Positions 1 to 10,509 of a stretch of 32,000 nt of DNA are shown here, in pieces. The stretch covers positions 4,440,001 to 4,472,000 of the forward strand of contig NZ_LN831024.1 in assembly GCF_001457615.1 (NCBI RefSeq), in the 5' to 3' direction. This stretch comes from Pseudomonas aeruginosa (lineage in GTDB: Bacteria; Pseudomonadota; Gammaproteobacteria; Pseudomonadales; Pseudomonadaceae). The notes beneath the pieces were generated by a model that saw only the letters and a program-made list of their open reading frames with translations, did no database searches and had not been told where the DNA came from. How positions within the stretch are numbered: the first letter of the stretch is position 1; each line of letters opens with the position of its first letter. The position numbers were made by a program, and so were the translations under genes.

Positions 1-564
1 GCGCTGGATGTAGCGTCCCAGGTGCTGGTCCGGCGCCCAGAGGATGGGCTCGCCGTTGTCCATCAGGTGTTCGACGATCTCCACCGCGCAACTGGAGGTC
101 ACGACCCAGTCGGCGCGTGCCTTCACCGCCGCGGAGGTGTTCGCATAGACCACCACGGTCCGTTCCGGGTGCTGGTCGCAGAATGCCGAGAATTCATCCA
201 CCGGGCAGCCCAGGTCGAGCGAGCAGGTCGCTTCGAGGGTCGGCATCAGCACACGCTTCTCAGGGTTGAGGATCTTCGCCGTCTCGCCCATGAAGCGCAC
301 CCCGGCCACGACCACCGTCTGCGCCGGATGCTGGTTGCCGAAACGGGCCATCTCCAGCGAATCGGATACGCAACCGCCGGTCTCCTCGGCCAACGCCTGG
401 ATCACCGGGTCGCAGTAGTAATGCGCCACCAGTACAGCATTTTGCGCCTTCAGTTCGGCCGCGATCGCCGCGCGATGCTCGGCGCTCTCCTGCTCGCTCA
501 ACACACGGGGTTGCTTGGCGGCCAGGTGGGCCTGTACCAGGAGTCGTTCGGAAATGTGCGTCAT
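1..564 (-). CDS. nadA: Quinolinate synthase NadA (5' part; 3' end lies beyond the window edge)
   Basis: The minus strand from ATG at 564 reads [34 protein letters not shown]...[29 protein letters not shown]...[10 protein letters not shown], which is typical NadA. It is open to the window edge. Confidence 0.95.
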   Translation of the reverse strand, partial: MTHISERLLVQAHLAAKQPRVLSEQESAEHRAAIAAELKAQNAVLVAHYYCDPVIQALAEETGGCVSDSLEMARFGNQHPAQTVVVAGVRFMGETAKILNPEKRVLMPTLEATCSLDLGCPVDEFSAFCDQHPERTVVVYANTSAAVKARADWVVTSSCAVEIVEHLMDNGEPILWAPDQHLGRYIQR

Positions 565-778
565 AGTCGCTACACCTGAAGGCGCAACAGCGCGTCTCTC
601 GATTTTATACCCGGCGGCAGGCTGGACCGCAGGGAACTGACGATTGCAGGTTTCGGGCACGGCACCCGTGTCCCCCTTGAGCAAACCCCGGGGATCCGCC
701 TGCAAGGCCGCGGATTCTAACCGCATAGGTCGCGCCAGGGCCATCCCGGCATCCGTACCGGCCTGGCCGGTGGCTCCG

Positions 779-794
779 CTAACAAAAGACATAG
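779..794 (+). promoter_or_regulatory. Las-type quorum-sensing box (CTAACAAAAGACATAG) in the distal mvfR/pqsR promoter
   Basis: Direct sequence match to the element I recall as the LasR site located about 0.5 kb upstream of pqsR. Confidence 0.75.
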
Positions 795-1177
795 GTTTCG
801 GTCGTTAGACCTACGCGACATAATTTTTTTGTTTCTTAGAACCGTCCCTGACTCGGCTCGCTCCACGACCGAACACGACATGCCGGCATGCCAGCGTTAA
901 TACTTTGGTATTAGGCCCTTGGTATTAACGTTAAATAACCGGTAAATATCCGGATTTTCTTTTCGTCGAATTTACGAGCAATATGAAACATATTTCGTTG
1001 AAATAAGCTCTTCTTTCACATAATTATAAAAATATCCTGAAACAGAGCCGTCATCCCTCACCTCCAAAACGACGACTCCCCGTGCCGTGCGCCCGCCGCG
1101 CAGAAAGCGAGCCGGCGGCCGATTCCACCCTCGCACGCCAGCCCTTGCGCTTCACTGACCGACGGGAGGTTTCCCCG

Positions 1178-1300
1178 ATGAAAACGTCATCCAGAAGACA
1201 AGTTGAAACACTCGGGCGCTATCTATCGAGTCCTCGACGCTTCTTCCACAGTAGCGGCAACCTGACCCGATCAAGGGAAGCGGCACGCGCCACCCAATAA
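1178..1300 (+). CDS. Short upstream ORF (40 aa, MKTSSRRQVETLGRYLSSPRRFF...) preceding mvfR; coding status unproven
   Basis: ATG at 1178 with GGGAGG at 1164-1169 (8-nt spacer). The stop ends 12 nt before the mvfR ATG. No protein family recognised. Confidence 0.3.
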   Translation: MKTSSRRQVETLGRYLSSPRRFFHSSGNLTRSREAARATQ

Positions 1301-1312
1301 AAGGAATAAGGG

Positions 1313-2317
1313 ATGCCTATTCATAACCTGAATCACGTGAACATGTTCCTCCAGGTCATCGCCTCCGGTTCGATTTCCTCCGCTGCGCGGATCCTGCGCA
1401 AGTCGCACACCGCGGTCAGCTCGGCGGTCAGCAACCTGGAAATCGACCTGTGCGTGGAGCTGGTCCGTCGGGACGGCTACAAGGTCGAACCCACCGAGCA
1501 GGCGCTTCGCCTGATCCCTTACATGCGCAGCCTGCTGAACTACCAGCAGCTGATCGGCGACATCGCCTTCAATCTCAACAAGGGTCCGCGCAATCTCCGG
1601 GTGTTGCTGGACACCGCCATCCCGCCGTCGTTCTGCGATACGGTGAGCAGCGTACTGCTCGACGATTTCAACATGGTCAGCCTGATACGCACCTCGCCCG
1701 CCGATAGCCTGGCGACGATCAAGCAGGACAACGCGGAAATCGATATCGCCATCACCATCACCATCGACGAGGAACTGAAGATCTCCCGCTTCAACCAGTG
1801 CGTGCTCGGCTACACCAAGGCGTTCGTCGTCGCCCATCCGCAGCACCCGTTGTGCAATGCCTCCCTGCACAGCATCGCGAGCCTGGCCAATTACCGGCAG
1901 ATCAGCCTCGGCAGCCGCTCCGGGCAGCATTCGAACCTGCTGCGGCCGGTCAGCGACAAGGTGCTCTTCGTGGAAAACTTCGACGACATGCTGCGTCTGG
2001 TGGAAGCCGGCGTCGGATGGGGCATCGCGCCGCATTATTTCGTCGAGGAACGCCTGCGCAACGGTACCCTGGCAGTCCTCAGCGAACTCTACGAACCGGG
2101 CGGCATCGACACCAAGGTGTATTGCTACTACAACACCGCGCTGGAATCCGAGCGCAGCTTCCTGCGCTTTCTCGAAAGCGCCCGCCAGCGCCTGCGCGAA
2201 CTCGGCCGCCAGCGTTTCGACGATGCGCCGGCCTGGCAACCGAGCATCGTCGAAACGGCGCAGCGCCGCTCAGGCCCGAAGGCGCTCGCGTACCGCCAGC
2301 GCGCCGCACCAGAGTAG
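1313..2317 (+). CDS. mvfR: LysR-family quinolone-signal receptor/transcriptional regulator MvfR (PqsR), 334 aa
   Basis: N-terminal LysR HTH (MPIHNLNHVNMFLQVIASGSISSAARILRKSHTAVSSAVSNLE) and full-length PqsR similarity. RBS AAGGAATAAGGG-ATG. Located beside the phn/pqs genes. Confidence 0.97.
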   Translation: MPIHNLNHVNMFLQVIASGSISSAARILRKSHTAVSSAVSNLEIDLCVELVRRDGYKVEPTEQALRLIPYMRSLLNYQQLIGDIAFNLNKGPRNLRVLLDTAIPPSFCDTVSSVLLDDFNMVSLIRTSPADSLATIKQDNAEIDIAITITIDEELKISRFNQCVLGYTKAFVVAHPQHPLCNASLHSIASLANYRQISLGSRSGQHSNLLRPVSDKVLFVENFDDMLRLVEAGVGWGIAPHYFVEERLRNGTLAVLSELYEPGGIDTKVYCYYNTALESERSFLRFLESARQRLRELGRQRFDDAPAWQPSIVETAQRRSGPKALAYRQRAAPE

Positions 2318-2872
2318 AGCGTTCTCCAGCAGACGCTGGCCGTGGGTGGTGAGAATCGACTCGGGATGGAACTGCAAGCCCAGCTGTCGATTGCGCGGAT
2401 CGGCCATCGCCATGATCTCGCCATCGGCATCGGCCAGGCAGTCGAAACCTTCCGGCAGGCGACTGACCACCAGCGAGTGGTAGCGCGCGACGCGCAGGTC
2501 AGCGATGCCGTCGAACAGCGGGTGACGCTGATCGAAACGCAGGGACGTGCTCTTGCCGTGCAGCGGCTTCCTCGCCTCGCCCACCGCGCCACCGGCGGCC
2601 AGCGCCAGCGCCTGGTGGCCGAGGCAGACGCCGAGCACCGGCAAGCGCCCGCGGGCCCAGGCGAGCAATTCCAGCATGCAGCCGGCGTCTTCCGGCCGAC
2701 CGGGCCCCGGCGACAGCACCAGCAGTTCGCAACCGTCGGCCAGCAATGCCGCCTGGATCGTCGGCAACGGCGTATCGTTGCGCATCACCCGGACCTCCGC
2801 GCCGAGCAGGCAGAACTGCTCGACCAGGTTGTAGGTGAAGGAATCGAAGTTATCCAACAGCGTGATGCGCAT
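2270..2872 (-). CDS. phnB: Anthranilate synthase component II (glutamine amidotransferase), PQS-dedicated
   Basis: MRITLLDNFDSFTYNLVEQF..., VLSPGPGRPEDAG, GVCLGHQAL (catalytic Cys motif), HPESILTTHG. Adjacent to phnA. Confidence 0.97.
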   Translation of the reverse strand: MRITLLDNFDSFTYNLVEQFCLLGAEVRVMRNDTPLPTIQAALLADGCELLVLSPGPGRPEDAGCMLELLAWARGRLPVLGVCLGHQALALAAGGAVGEARKPLHGKSTSLRFDQRHPLFDGIADLRVARYHSLVVSRLPEGFDCLADADGEIMAMADPRNRQLGLQFHPESILTTHGQRLLENALLWCGALAVRERLRA

Positions 2873-4421
2873 CGCGCTCTCCCCTTTCGCGTTCGGCAGC
2901 GGCCACGGCGGTCAGCACCGCCAGCGCCTTGTTGCGGGTTTCCTCGGCCTCCAGCCGTGGATCCGAATCCAGCACCACGCCGGCGCCTGCCCGGACCCGG
3001 GCGATACCTTCGCGGACCTCGGCGGAGCGGATGACGATGCTGGTATCGAGGTTGCCGGCGCTGTCGAGAATGCCGATCGCGCCACCGTAGCTGCCGCGAT
3101 AGCCATCCTCGTACTGCCGCAGCAACTGCATGGCACGGACCTTCGGCGCACCGACCAGGGTGCCCATGTTCAGGCAGGCACGGTAGGCATGCAGCGCATC
3201 CAGTTCGCCATGCAGTTCGCCAGCCACGCGCGAGACCAGGTGCATCACGTGGCTGTAGCGATCGACCTTGAGCATGTCGCGCACCTGCCGCGTACCGCTG
3301 CGGCAGACCCGCGCCAGATCGTTGCGCGCCAGGTCGACCAGCATCATGTGCTCGGCGATCTCCTTGGCGTCCAGGCGCAACTCCGCTTCCAGGCGATTGT
3401 CCAGTTCCGCATCGATGGCGCCCCGGGCATCGCGTCCGCGCGGGCGGGTGCCGGCGATGGGATAGAGTTCCACCTCGCGACTCTCCGCGTCGTACTTCAA
3501 TGCCGACTCCGGCGAAGCGCCGAACAGGCAGAAGTCCCCCGCATCGAGGAAGAAGCGGTACGGGCTGGGGTTGCGCAGGCACAACTGGCGATAGGCCCGC
3601 CAGGGGTCCGCACACGGCATGCTGAAGCTGCGCGACGGTACGATCTGGAACACGTCGCCGGCCCTCACGTGGGCCTGCAGGCGCTCTACCTGGCGGGCAA
3701 AGCTCGCATCGTCCAGGTCGACCTGGTAGTTGCCGGCCCGTACGCCTGCCACCGGCGACTCGGAAGCCTCCTCCACGGCGCCATGGAATTCGTCGGCACA
3801 CTGGCGCAGGCTGGCGGCCAACCGGTCGTGCCCGGCCGGATCGTGGACGAACGCCTGCAGCGAAGTCCGGCGCGCCAGGTGATCGATGTCCAGCAGCAAC
3901 TCCGGCACCAGGAACAGGTAGTCCGGGCAATGCCGCGCAGGTTCGGCCGGCGCCGGCAAGGGTTCGAACTGCTCGGCCAGGTCGAAGCTGAACAGGCCGC
4001 CCAGCAGCGCGGGCCCCTCCGCGTCGCCCAGCGTTCCGAGCACGCGGCGCAGCGCCTCCAGGCTGGACAGGCCATGCAGGCGTCGCCACTCGTCCGCATG
4101 CGACTCTTCCTGGGGGAAGCGCCAGTGCAGGGTGTCGCCGTCACGCAAGCAGGTGACCTGGGCCGGACAGGCCTCGCTCAACGGCGCCAGCAAGGCGCGT
4201 CCGTTGGAGTTCAACGCCCGCAGCACCACATCGCGCCCCCAGCACTCGATGCGCAGGCAGCTGGAAAGGATCGCCACGCTACGCCGCGCAGCCTTGCTGT
4301 CCACGTCGAAGCAGTCGAACAGCATCCGGTTGGCGCCGGCCATGCGCCAGATCGACAGCGCCTCCGGCACCAGCGTGCGGTACTCCAGACTTTCTTCCAG
4401 TCGATAGCCAACCCCGCTCAC
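2850..4421 (-). CDS. phnA: Anthranilate synthase component I, PQS-dedicated, 523 aa
   Basis: Chorismate-binding enzyme motifs (DVFQIVPSRSF, ELYPIAGTRPRGRD, GTLVGAPKVRAM, GYRGSYGGAIG). I prefer the GTG start at 4421 because it follows GAGGAGG; the ORF track extends to an ATG at 4442. Confidence 0.95.
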   Translation of the reverse strand: MSGVGYRLEESLEYRTLVPEALSIWRMAGANRMLFDCFDVDSKAARRSVAILSSCLRIECWGRDVVLRALNSNGRALLAPLSEACPAQVTCLRDGDTLHWRFPQEESHADEWRRLHGLSSLEALRRVLGTLGDAEGPALLGGLFSFDLAEQFEPLPAPAEPARHCPDYLFLVPELLLDIDHLARRTSLQAFVHDPAGHDRLAASLRQCADEFHGAVEEASESPVAGVRAGNYQVDLDDASFARQVERLQAHVRAGDVFQIVPSRSFSMPCADPWRAYRQLCLRNPSPYRFFLDAGDFCLFGASPESALKYDAESREVELYPIAGTRPRGRDARGAIDAELDNRLEAELRLDAKEIAEHMMLVDLARNDLARVCRSGTRQVRDMLKVDRYSHVMHLVSRVAGELHGELDALHAYRACLNMGTLVGAPKVRAMQLLRQYEDGYRGSYGGAIGILDSAGNLDTSIVIRSAEVREGIARVRAGAGVVLDSDPRLEAEETRNKALAVLTAVAAAERERGERDAHHAVG

Positions 4422-4559
4422 GAGCCACCTCCTCGCGCCCATGGGCGACTGGCCTGCGCGACGCTAGCGCGCAACGGCATGTTCATCATCGATAACCCCC
4501 CTTTTCCCCCAATTGCGACCGCTGCCGTCGGCGGCGATCGCCGCAATGGATGTCCCGTC

Positions 4560-6472
<1,913 letters not shown>

Positions 6473-6514
6473 GTGCAGCCCTCCTCGGACACCGTGGTTC
6501 AACATGGCGATGCC

Positions 6515-7561
6515 TCAGCACACCAGCACCTCGCCCAATTGCCAGACCTGGGCGGCGAACCCCCAGCCAGTGGCTGCGCCGGCCATGACGATACGATCGC
6601 CGGGGCGGATCTTGCCCTCGCGCAGGCCGGTCATCAGGGTGTACGGGATGGAAACGGAGATCATCACGCCGGTATCGCCCATCGTCAGTTGGTACTGCTC
6701 AGGACGGGCACCGATGCCCTCGGCCCAGGCCTTGACCAGGAACGGCGCTGGCTGGTGGAAGACGAAATAATCGATGTCATCGCTGCCCAGGCCGGCCTTT
6801 TCCAACGCCCGGCGCATCGCGATCGGCACGTTGGTCGGGACGAAGCTGGCCATCTTGTTCTGGCCGTCGCTGAACAACGAGAAATACAGCCGCGGCTTGG
6901 CCTCGCCGGTCGGGTTTTCCGGCAGGCGCCAGCGACCGGTGGCCACTTCATAGAACGTAGCGTCGCTGTGTTCGGCCGAAGCCAGCAGGTCGCAGCTGTC
7001 ATCGTCGCCGCGGGTCAGCAGGGCCACCGCGCAGCCATCGGCGAACAGGGTCGAGGTACGCGAGGTGAAGTCGAGCAGGTTGGAGATGTACTCGCTGCAC
7101 ACCACCAGCACTTTCTCGGCCTTACCCTGGCGGATCATGCTCGCTGCCAGGCGCAGGTTGAGCAGGAAGCTGGCGCACTCCATCTGCGAATCCAATGGCA
7201 GCGCCCGACTCAGGCCGAGCTGCTTGGACAGCACGTTGGCCATGCGCGGGTAGAGACGTCCGCGCAGGTCCGGCAGGACATCGCCGGCGTCGGTCATGAT
7301 CGGCGAGGAAGCCGAACAGATCAGCATGTCCACGCTATCCGGCGCGGTATCGCTGCTGCGCAGCAGGCGCTCGGCGGCCCGGACCACCAGGCTGAACTCG
7401 TTCTCGCCGTTCCGCGGGTCGAAATAGCCCCGCCGATTGACGCCCCAGAATTGCCACCAGGACTCGCTGAGGTCCGGTACCGCGGCGAACACCGGATCGT
7501 CGTTTTCGTAGCTGCGAGCCGGAAGTTCACAGGTGATCGCTGCCAGTTTGACCTTATGCAT
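6515..7561 (-). CDS. pqsC: PqsC, KASIII-like subunit of the HHQ-forming condensing enzyme, 348 aa
   Basis: MHKVKLAAITCELPARSYENDDPVFAAVPDLSESWWQFWGVNRRGYF; MECASFLLNL and FHQPAPFLVKAW motifs. Between pqsD and pqsB. Confidence 0.97.
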   Translation of the reverse strand: MHKVKLAAITCELPARSYENDDPVFAAVPDLSESWWQFWGVNRRGYFDPRNGENEFSLVVRAAERLLRSSDTAPDSVDMLICSASSPIMTDAGDVLPDLRGRLYPRMANVLSKQLGLSRALPLDSQMECASFLLNLRLAASMIRQGKAEKVLVVCSEYISNLLDFTSRTSTLFADGCAVALLTRGDDDSCDLLASAEHSDATFYEVATGRWRLPENPTGEAKPRLYFSLFSDGQNKMASFVPTNVPIAMRRALEKAGLGSDDIDYFVFHQPAPFLVKAWAEGIGARPEQYQLTMGDTGVMISVSIPYTLMTGLREGKIRPGDRIVMAGAATGWGFAAQVWQLGEVLVC

Positions 7562-8405
7562 GAGCTTCTCCCGCCAGTTCCAGGGTCACGCCCTCCACCA
7601 CCATGCCGAACGGATCGAAGCTGATCAGCAGCAGTTCATCCAGACGGTCGCGCTGTGCCGCGCGCAGTTGCGACGCCAGTTCGAACGGCCCCAGGCAACG
7701 ACCATCGGGCCGTCCCTGGCCGAACCATTCCTCGCGCACCCAGTTCAGTTGCGGGAAGTCCCCGGCCAGACGGGTGAATCCGGCGCGTACCGCTTCGGGC
7801 AATCCAGGTTGGGCCGGCAGGTTGAGGTGTCCCTTGACGTCGCCTACCTGGCGAATATCGGTATTCAGCGGAATGCTCAGCGGCAGCCATTCCTGCGCCG
7901 GATCACCGCCCAGCGCACCGCGACGGAACGCGGCCTTGCCGGTCGGCCGGCAGAGCAGCGCCAGGGCGCCGTCGGCAAGGGCGAAGCCGGACTCGCTGTC
8001 CACTTCCAATCCCTGGCTGGATTCGCCGCGCACGACCAGGACGTTGCGATAGCCCTGGTCGCTGGCGAGGGTATCGACCACGTAGAGGGCGCGGGCCAGG
8101 CTCGAGTCGGTGAGGTCGAAGACATGCGCGCGATTCGCGCCGAGGACCTTCTGCAACGGATGGCCGATCTTCGGCGCCATGATGTCGCGGTTCTCGATCA
8201 GATGGTCGGGAGACAGGGCGAGGCCGACGATCAGGTCGATCTCCTCGGGCTTGACCGCCGCCTCGTCCAGGGCTTCGCGAACCGCCGGCAGCAAGCGCTG
8301 CATCAGCATCTCGTCGCCCTGGGCGCGAGGGCGTTCGCCTCCCAGCGGCCCCTCCAGACACACATAGGATGGGGGCAGGTTCACCCCCACAGCCTGAATC
8401 AACAT
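7554..8405 (-). CDS. pqsB: PqsB, partner subunit of PqsC, 283 aa
   Basis: ATG at 8405 gives MLIQAVGVNLPPSYVCLEGPLGGERPRAQG. The track ORF extends artefactually to 8960 inside pqsA. Short overlaps with both neighbours. Confidence 0.95.
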   Translation of the reverse strand: MLIQAVGVNLPPSYVCLEGPLGGERPRAQGDEMLMQRLLPAVREALDEAAVKPEEIDLIVGLALSPDHLIENRDIMAPKIGHPLQKVLGANRAHVFDLTDSSLARALYVVDTLASDQGYRNVLVVRGESSQGLEVDSESGFALADGALALLCRPTGKAAFRRGALGGDPAQEWLPLSIPLNTDIRQVGDVKGHLNLPAQPGLPEAVRAGFTRLAGDFPQLNWVREEWFGQGRPDGRCLGPFELASQLRAAQRDRLDELLLISFDPFGMVVEGVTLELAGEAHA

Positions 8406-9952
8406 GCCCGTTCCTCCGGAAGGTTGTCGTGATAAAGGGTGTCGGCCAGGTGGCGCAGCTCGGCGCGCGCCAACTTGCCGTTGTCGTTGCGCGGCAAGGC
8501 CGGCAGCACATGCAATTGGCTGGGCAGCATGTGCGAGGGAATCTGTTCGGCGAGATGCTGGTCGATGCGCTGCGCCAGCAGGATCTGGTTGTCGTCCAGC
8601 GGAGTGGCCAGGGTGACGAACAGGGTCGGACGCAAGCCGTCGTGCAGCCGGCAGGTAGGAACCAGAACCGCCTCGCTCACTTCCGGCAGATGACGGCAGA
8701 TCGCCTGCTCGACCTGGGTCGGCACCACCCAGCGGCCATTCACCTTGAACAGATCGTCTTCCCGCCCACAGTGACGGTAGGCACCCGACTCGTCGCGCTC
8801 GAACAGGTCGCCGGTGCGGTACCAGCCACCTGCGAAGCGCGCCTGCTGCTCTTCGCTGGCCCGCCAGTAACCCGGACTCAGCCCAGGGCCACGCACCAAC
8901 AGCACGCCTTGCCGGCCCGCTTCCTCGATGGTGTGTCCTTCGCGGTCCACCAGCCGGCACTCATAGCCAGGCAACGGCAGCCCGGTGCTGTCGGCACGCG
9001 CCTGGCCCGGGCGGTTGGCGAGGAACACATGGCCGACCTCGGTAGCCCCGATGCCGTCGCAGATCTCCAGCCCGTGCGCGGCCCAGAATTCGAACTCGCC
9101 GCGCGGCAGCGGCGAGCCGGCGGAAAACGCCAGGCGCACGCTGCTCAACAGCTCCCTGGCCTGCGGACGCAGCGAGGCATAGATGGCCGGCACCCCAAAC
9201 AGGACCCGGGGGCGGAAGGCGACCAGGTTCTCCAGAACCCGCTCCGGGCTCGGCCAGGTATCGTCGAGCAGCGCCGAGGCTCCGCTGAACCAGGGAAAGA
9301 ACAGGCTGTTGCCCATGCCATAGCCGAAGAACATCTTGGGAATCGAATACAGCCGGTCTCCCGCCTGCAATGCCAGCAACTCCGTAGCGAACGCCCGGCA
9401 GAAACCGAGCGTGTTGCGCAGGCTGTGCATCACCCCCTTGGGCGCCCCGGTGGAACCCGAGGTGTATTGCAGGAAACAGGCTGCCGCCGGGTCCTGGCGA
9501 TGGAAGGCACTCCAATCGAGGTCCGCAGGACCGACCAGCGCGTCCAGCGAGAAATCGTCGAGCAAAGGGCGACCGGCGGCCGCACGCAGGGTCAACGGCG
9601 CCAAAGGACCGCTCAGCGACGGTGCATCGGCTTCACGCACCACCAGGCTGGCCTGGCAGTCGGCAGCGATATCGGCCAGGGCCTGCTCGCGGGACTTGGG
9701 ATTGATCACGGCGGGAATGGCGCCGACCGCGATGCAGGCCAGGAACAGGCAGGCCAGCGAAGGCGAGTCGTTCAACGCCAGCACCACGCGATCGCCGGGC
9801 TTGAGCAGGCGGGCCAGTTGGCTGGCCTGGGAGAGAATGTAGGTCCGGCATTGCAGCCGGCTGAGAGTCTGGCCCCGATAGTGATAAACGGCGGTATCGG
9901 GATCGAAATCGAGGCGGAACAGAACCTCGGTCAGGTTGGCCAATGTGGACAT
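8399..9952 (-). CDS. pqsA: Anthranilate--CoA ligase PqsA, 517 aa
   Basis: AMP-forming ligase motif LQYTSGSTGAPKGVMH, YRTGDLFERDESGAYRHCGREDD, RNDNGKLARAELR. First gene of the pqs operon. Confidence 0.97.
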   Translation of the reverse strand: MSTLANLTEVLFRLDFDPDTAVYHYRGQTLSRLQCRTYILSQASQLARLLKPGDRVVLALNDSPSLACLFLACIAVGAIPAVINPKSREQALADIAADCQASLVVREADAPSLSGPLAPLTLRAAAGRPLLDDFSLDALVGPADLDWSAFHRQDPAAACFLQYTSGSTGAPKGVMHSLRNTLGFCRAFATELLALQAGDRLYSIPKMFFGYGMGNSLFFPWFSGASALLDDTWPSPERVLENLVAFRPRVLFGVPAIYASLRPQARELLSSVRLAFSAGSPLPRGEFEFWAAHGLEICDGIGATEVGHVFLANRPGQARADSTGLPLPGYECRLVDREGHTIEEAGRQGVLLVRGPGLSPGYWRASEEQQARFAGGWYRTGDLFERDESGAYRHCGREDDLFKVNGRWVVPTQVEQAICRHLPEVSEAVLVPTCRLHDGLRPTLFVTLATPLDDNQILLAQRIDQHLAEQIPSHMLPSQLHVLPALPRNDNGKLARAELRHLADTLYHDNLPEERAC

Positions 9953-10061
9953 GACAGAACGTTCCCTCTTCAGCGATATGCATCCGGATCAGGAGATACC
10001 TGAGCCAGAGCGCTTGCTTTGTCAGGAACGGGAAACTAGCGGCGCTGGGCGAAGCGCGATA

Positions 10062-10074
10062 TTCGGAGTCCGAA
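10062..10074 (-). promoter_or_regulatory. PqsR-binding palindrome (lys-box) of the pqsA promoter
   Basis: Perfect interrupted palindrome TTCGGA-G-TCCGAA about 110 nt upstream of the pqsA ATG. Reads TTCGGACTCCGAA on the operon strand, matching the element I recall at about -45. Confidence 0.85.
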
Positions 10075-10325
10075 CGAAAAAGTTTCGGGGAGAAGAACCA
10101 CGGGCTTCGTAGGCCGCGGCAATCGGCGCGATCCAAACCGCGAGAAATTTGGCACACCCACCGGGCTGCGCGGGATCCGAGAACGGCAACCAAGCAAGAA
10201 GGGCGGCAGCCTTTTTACGCAAGAGCCCATTGGACAGACAAAAACCGTTACAACCCTTGCTCGAGGCCTCGTCCGAACCCATGAGATGGCAAACCAATGA
10301 CAACCCACTTTGCTCGGCAAATCGC

Positions 10326-10341
10326 CTCCCAGATCTCACAG
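10326..10341 (-). promoter_or_regulatory. Rhl/las-type box in the distal pqsA upstream region
   Basis: Minus strand reads CTGTGAGATCTGGGAG, a CT-N12-AG quorum-sensing box. It is about 266 nt upstream of the PqsR palindrome, consistent with the recalled site near -311. Confidence 0.7.
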
Positions 10342-10509
10342 TTCGAGGCGCTCGGCCTGGGCTCCAAGGGGGCGACGGCATGCCTGGAAGCAGGCGGCCA
10401 TCCATCGGGCCGATAGCGCTCCGCCCCGCCTCGCCTGCCATTTGCAGGCTTCCCTGTTGAAATCCCATTGCGTAGTACACTGGGCGAACCTGCCGAAGAG
10501 GACACCTAC

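Noticed and set aside
8369-10003. 544-codon plus-strand ORF
   Set aside because: Antisense shadow of pqsA with no protein-family features.
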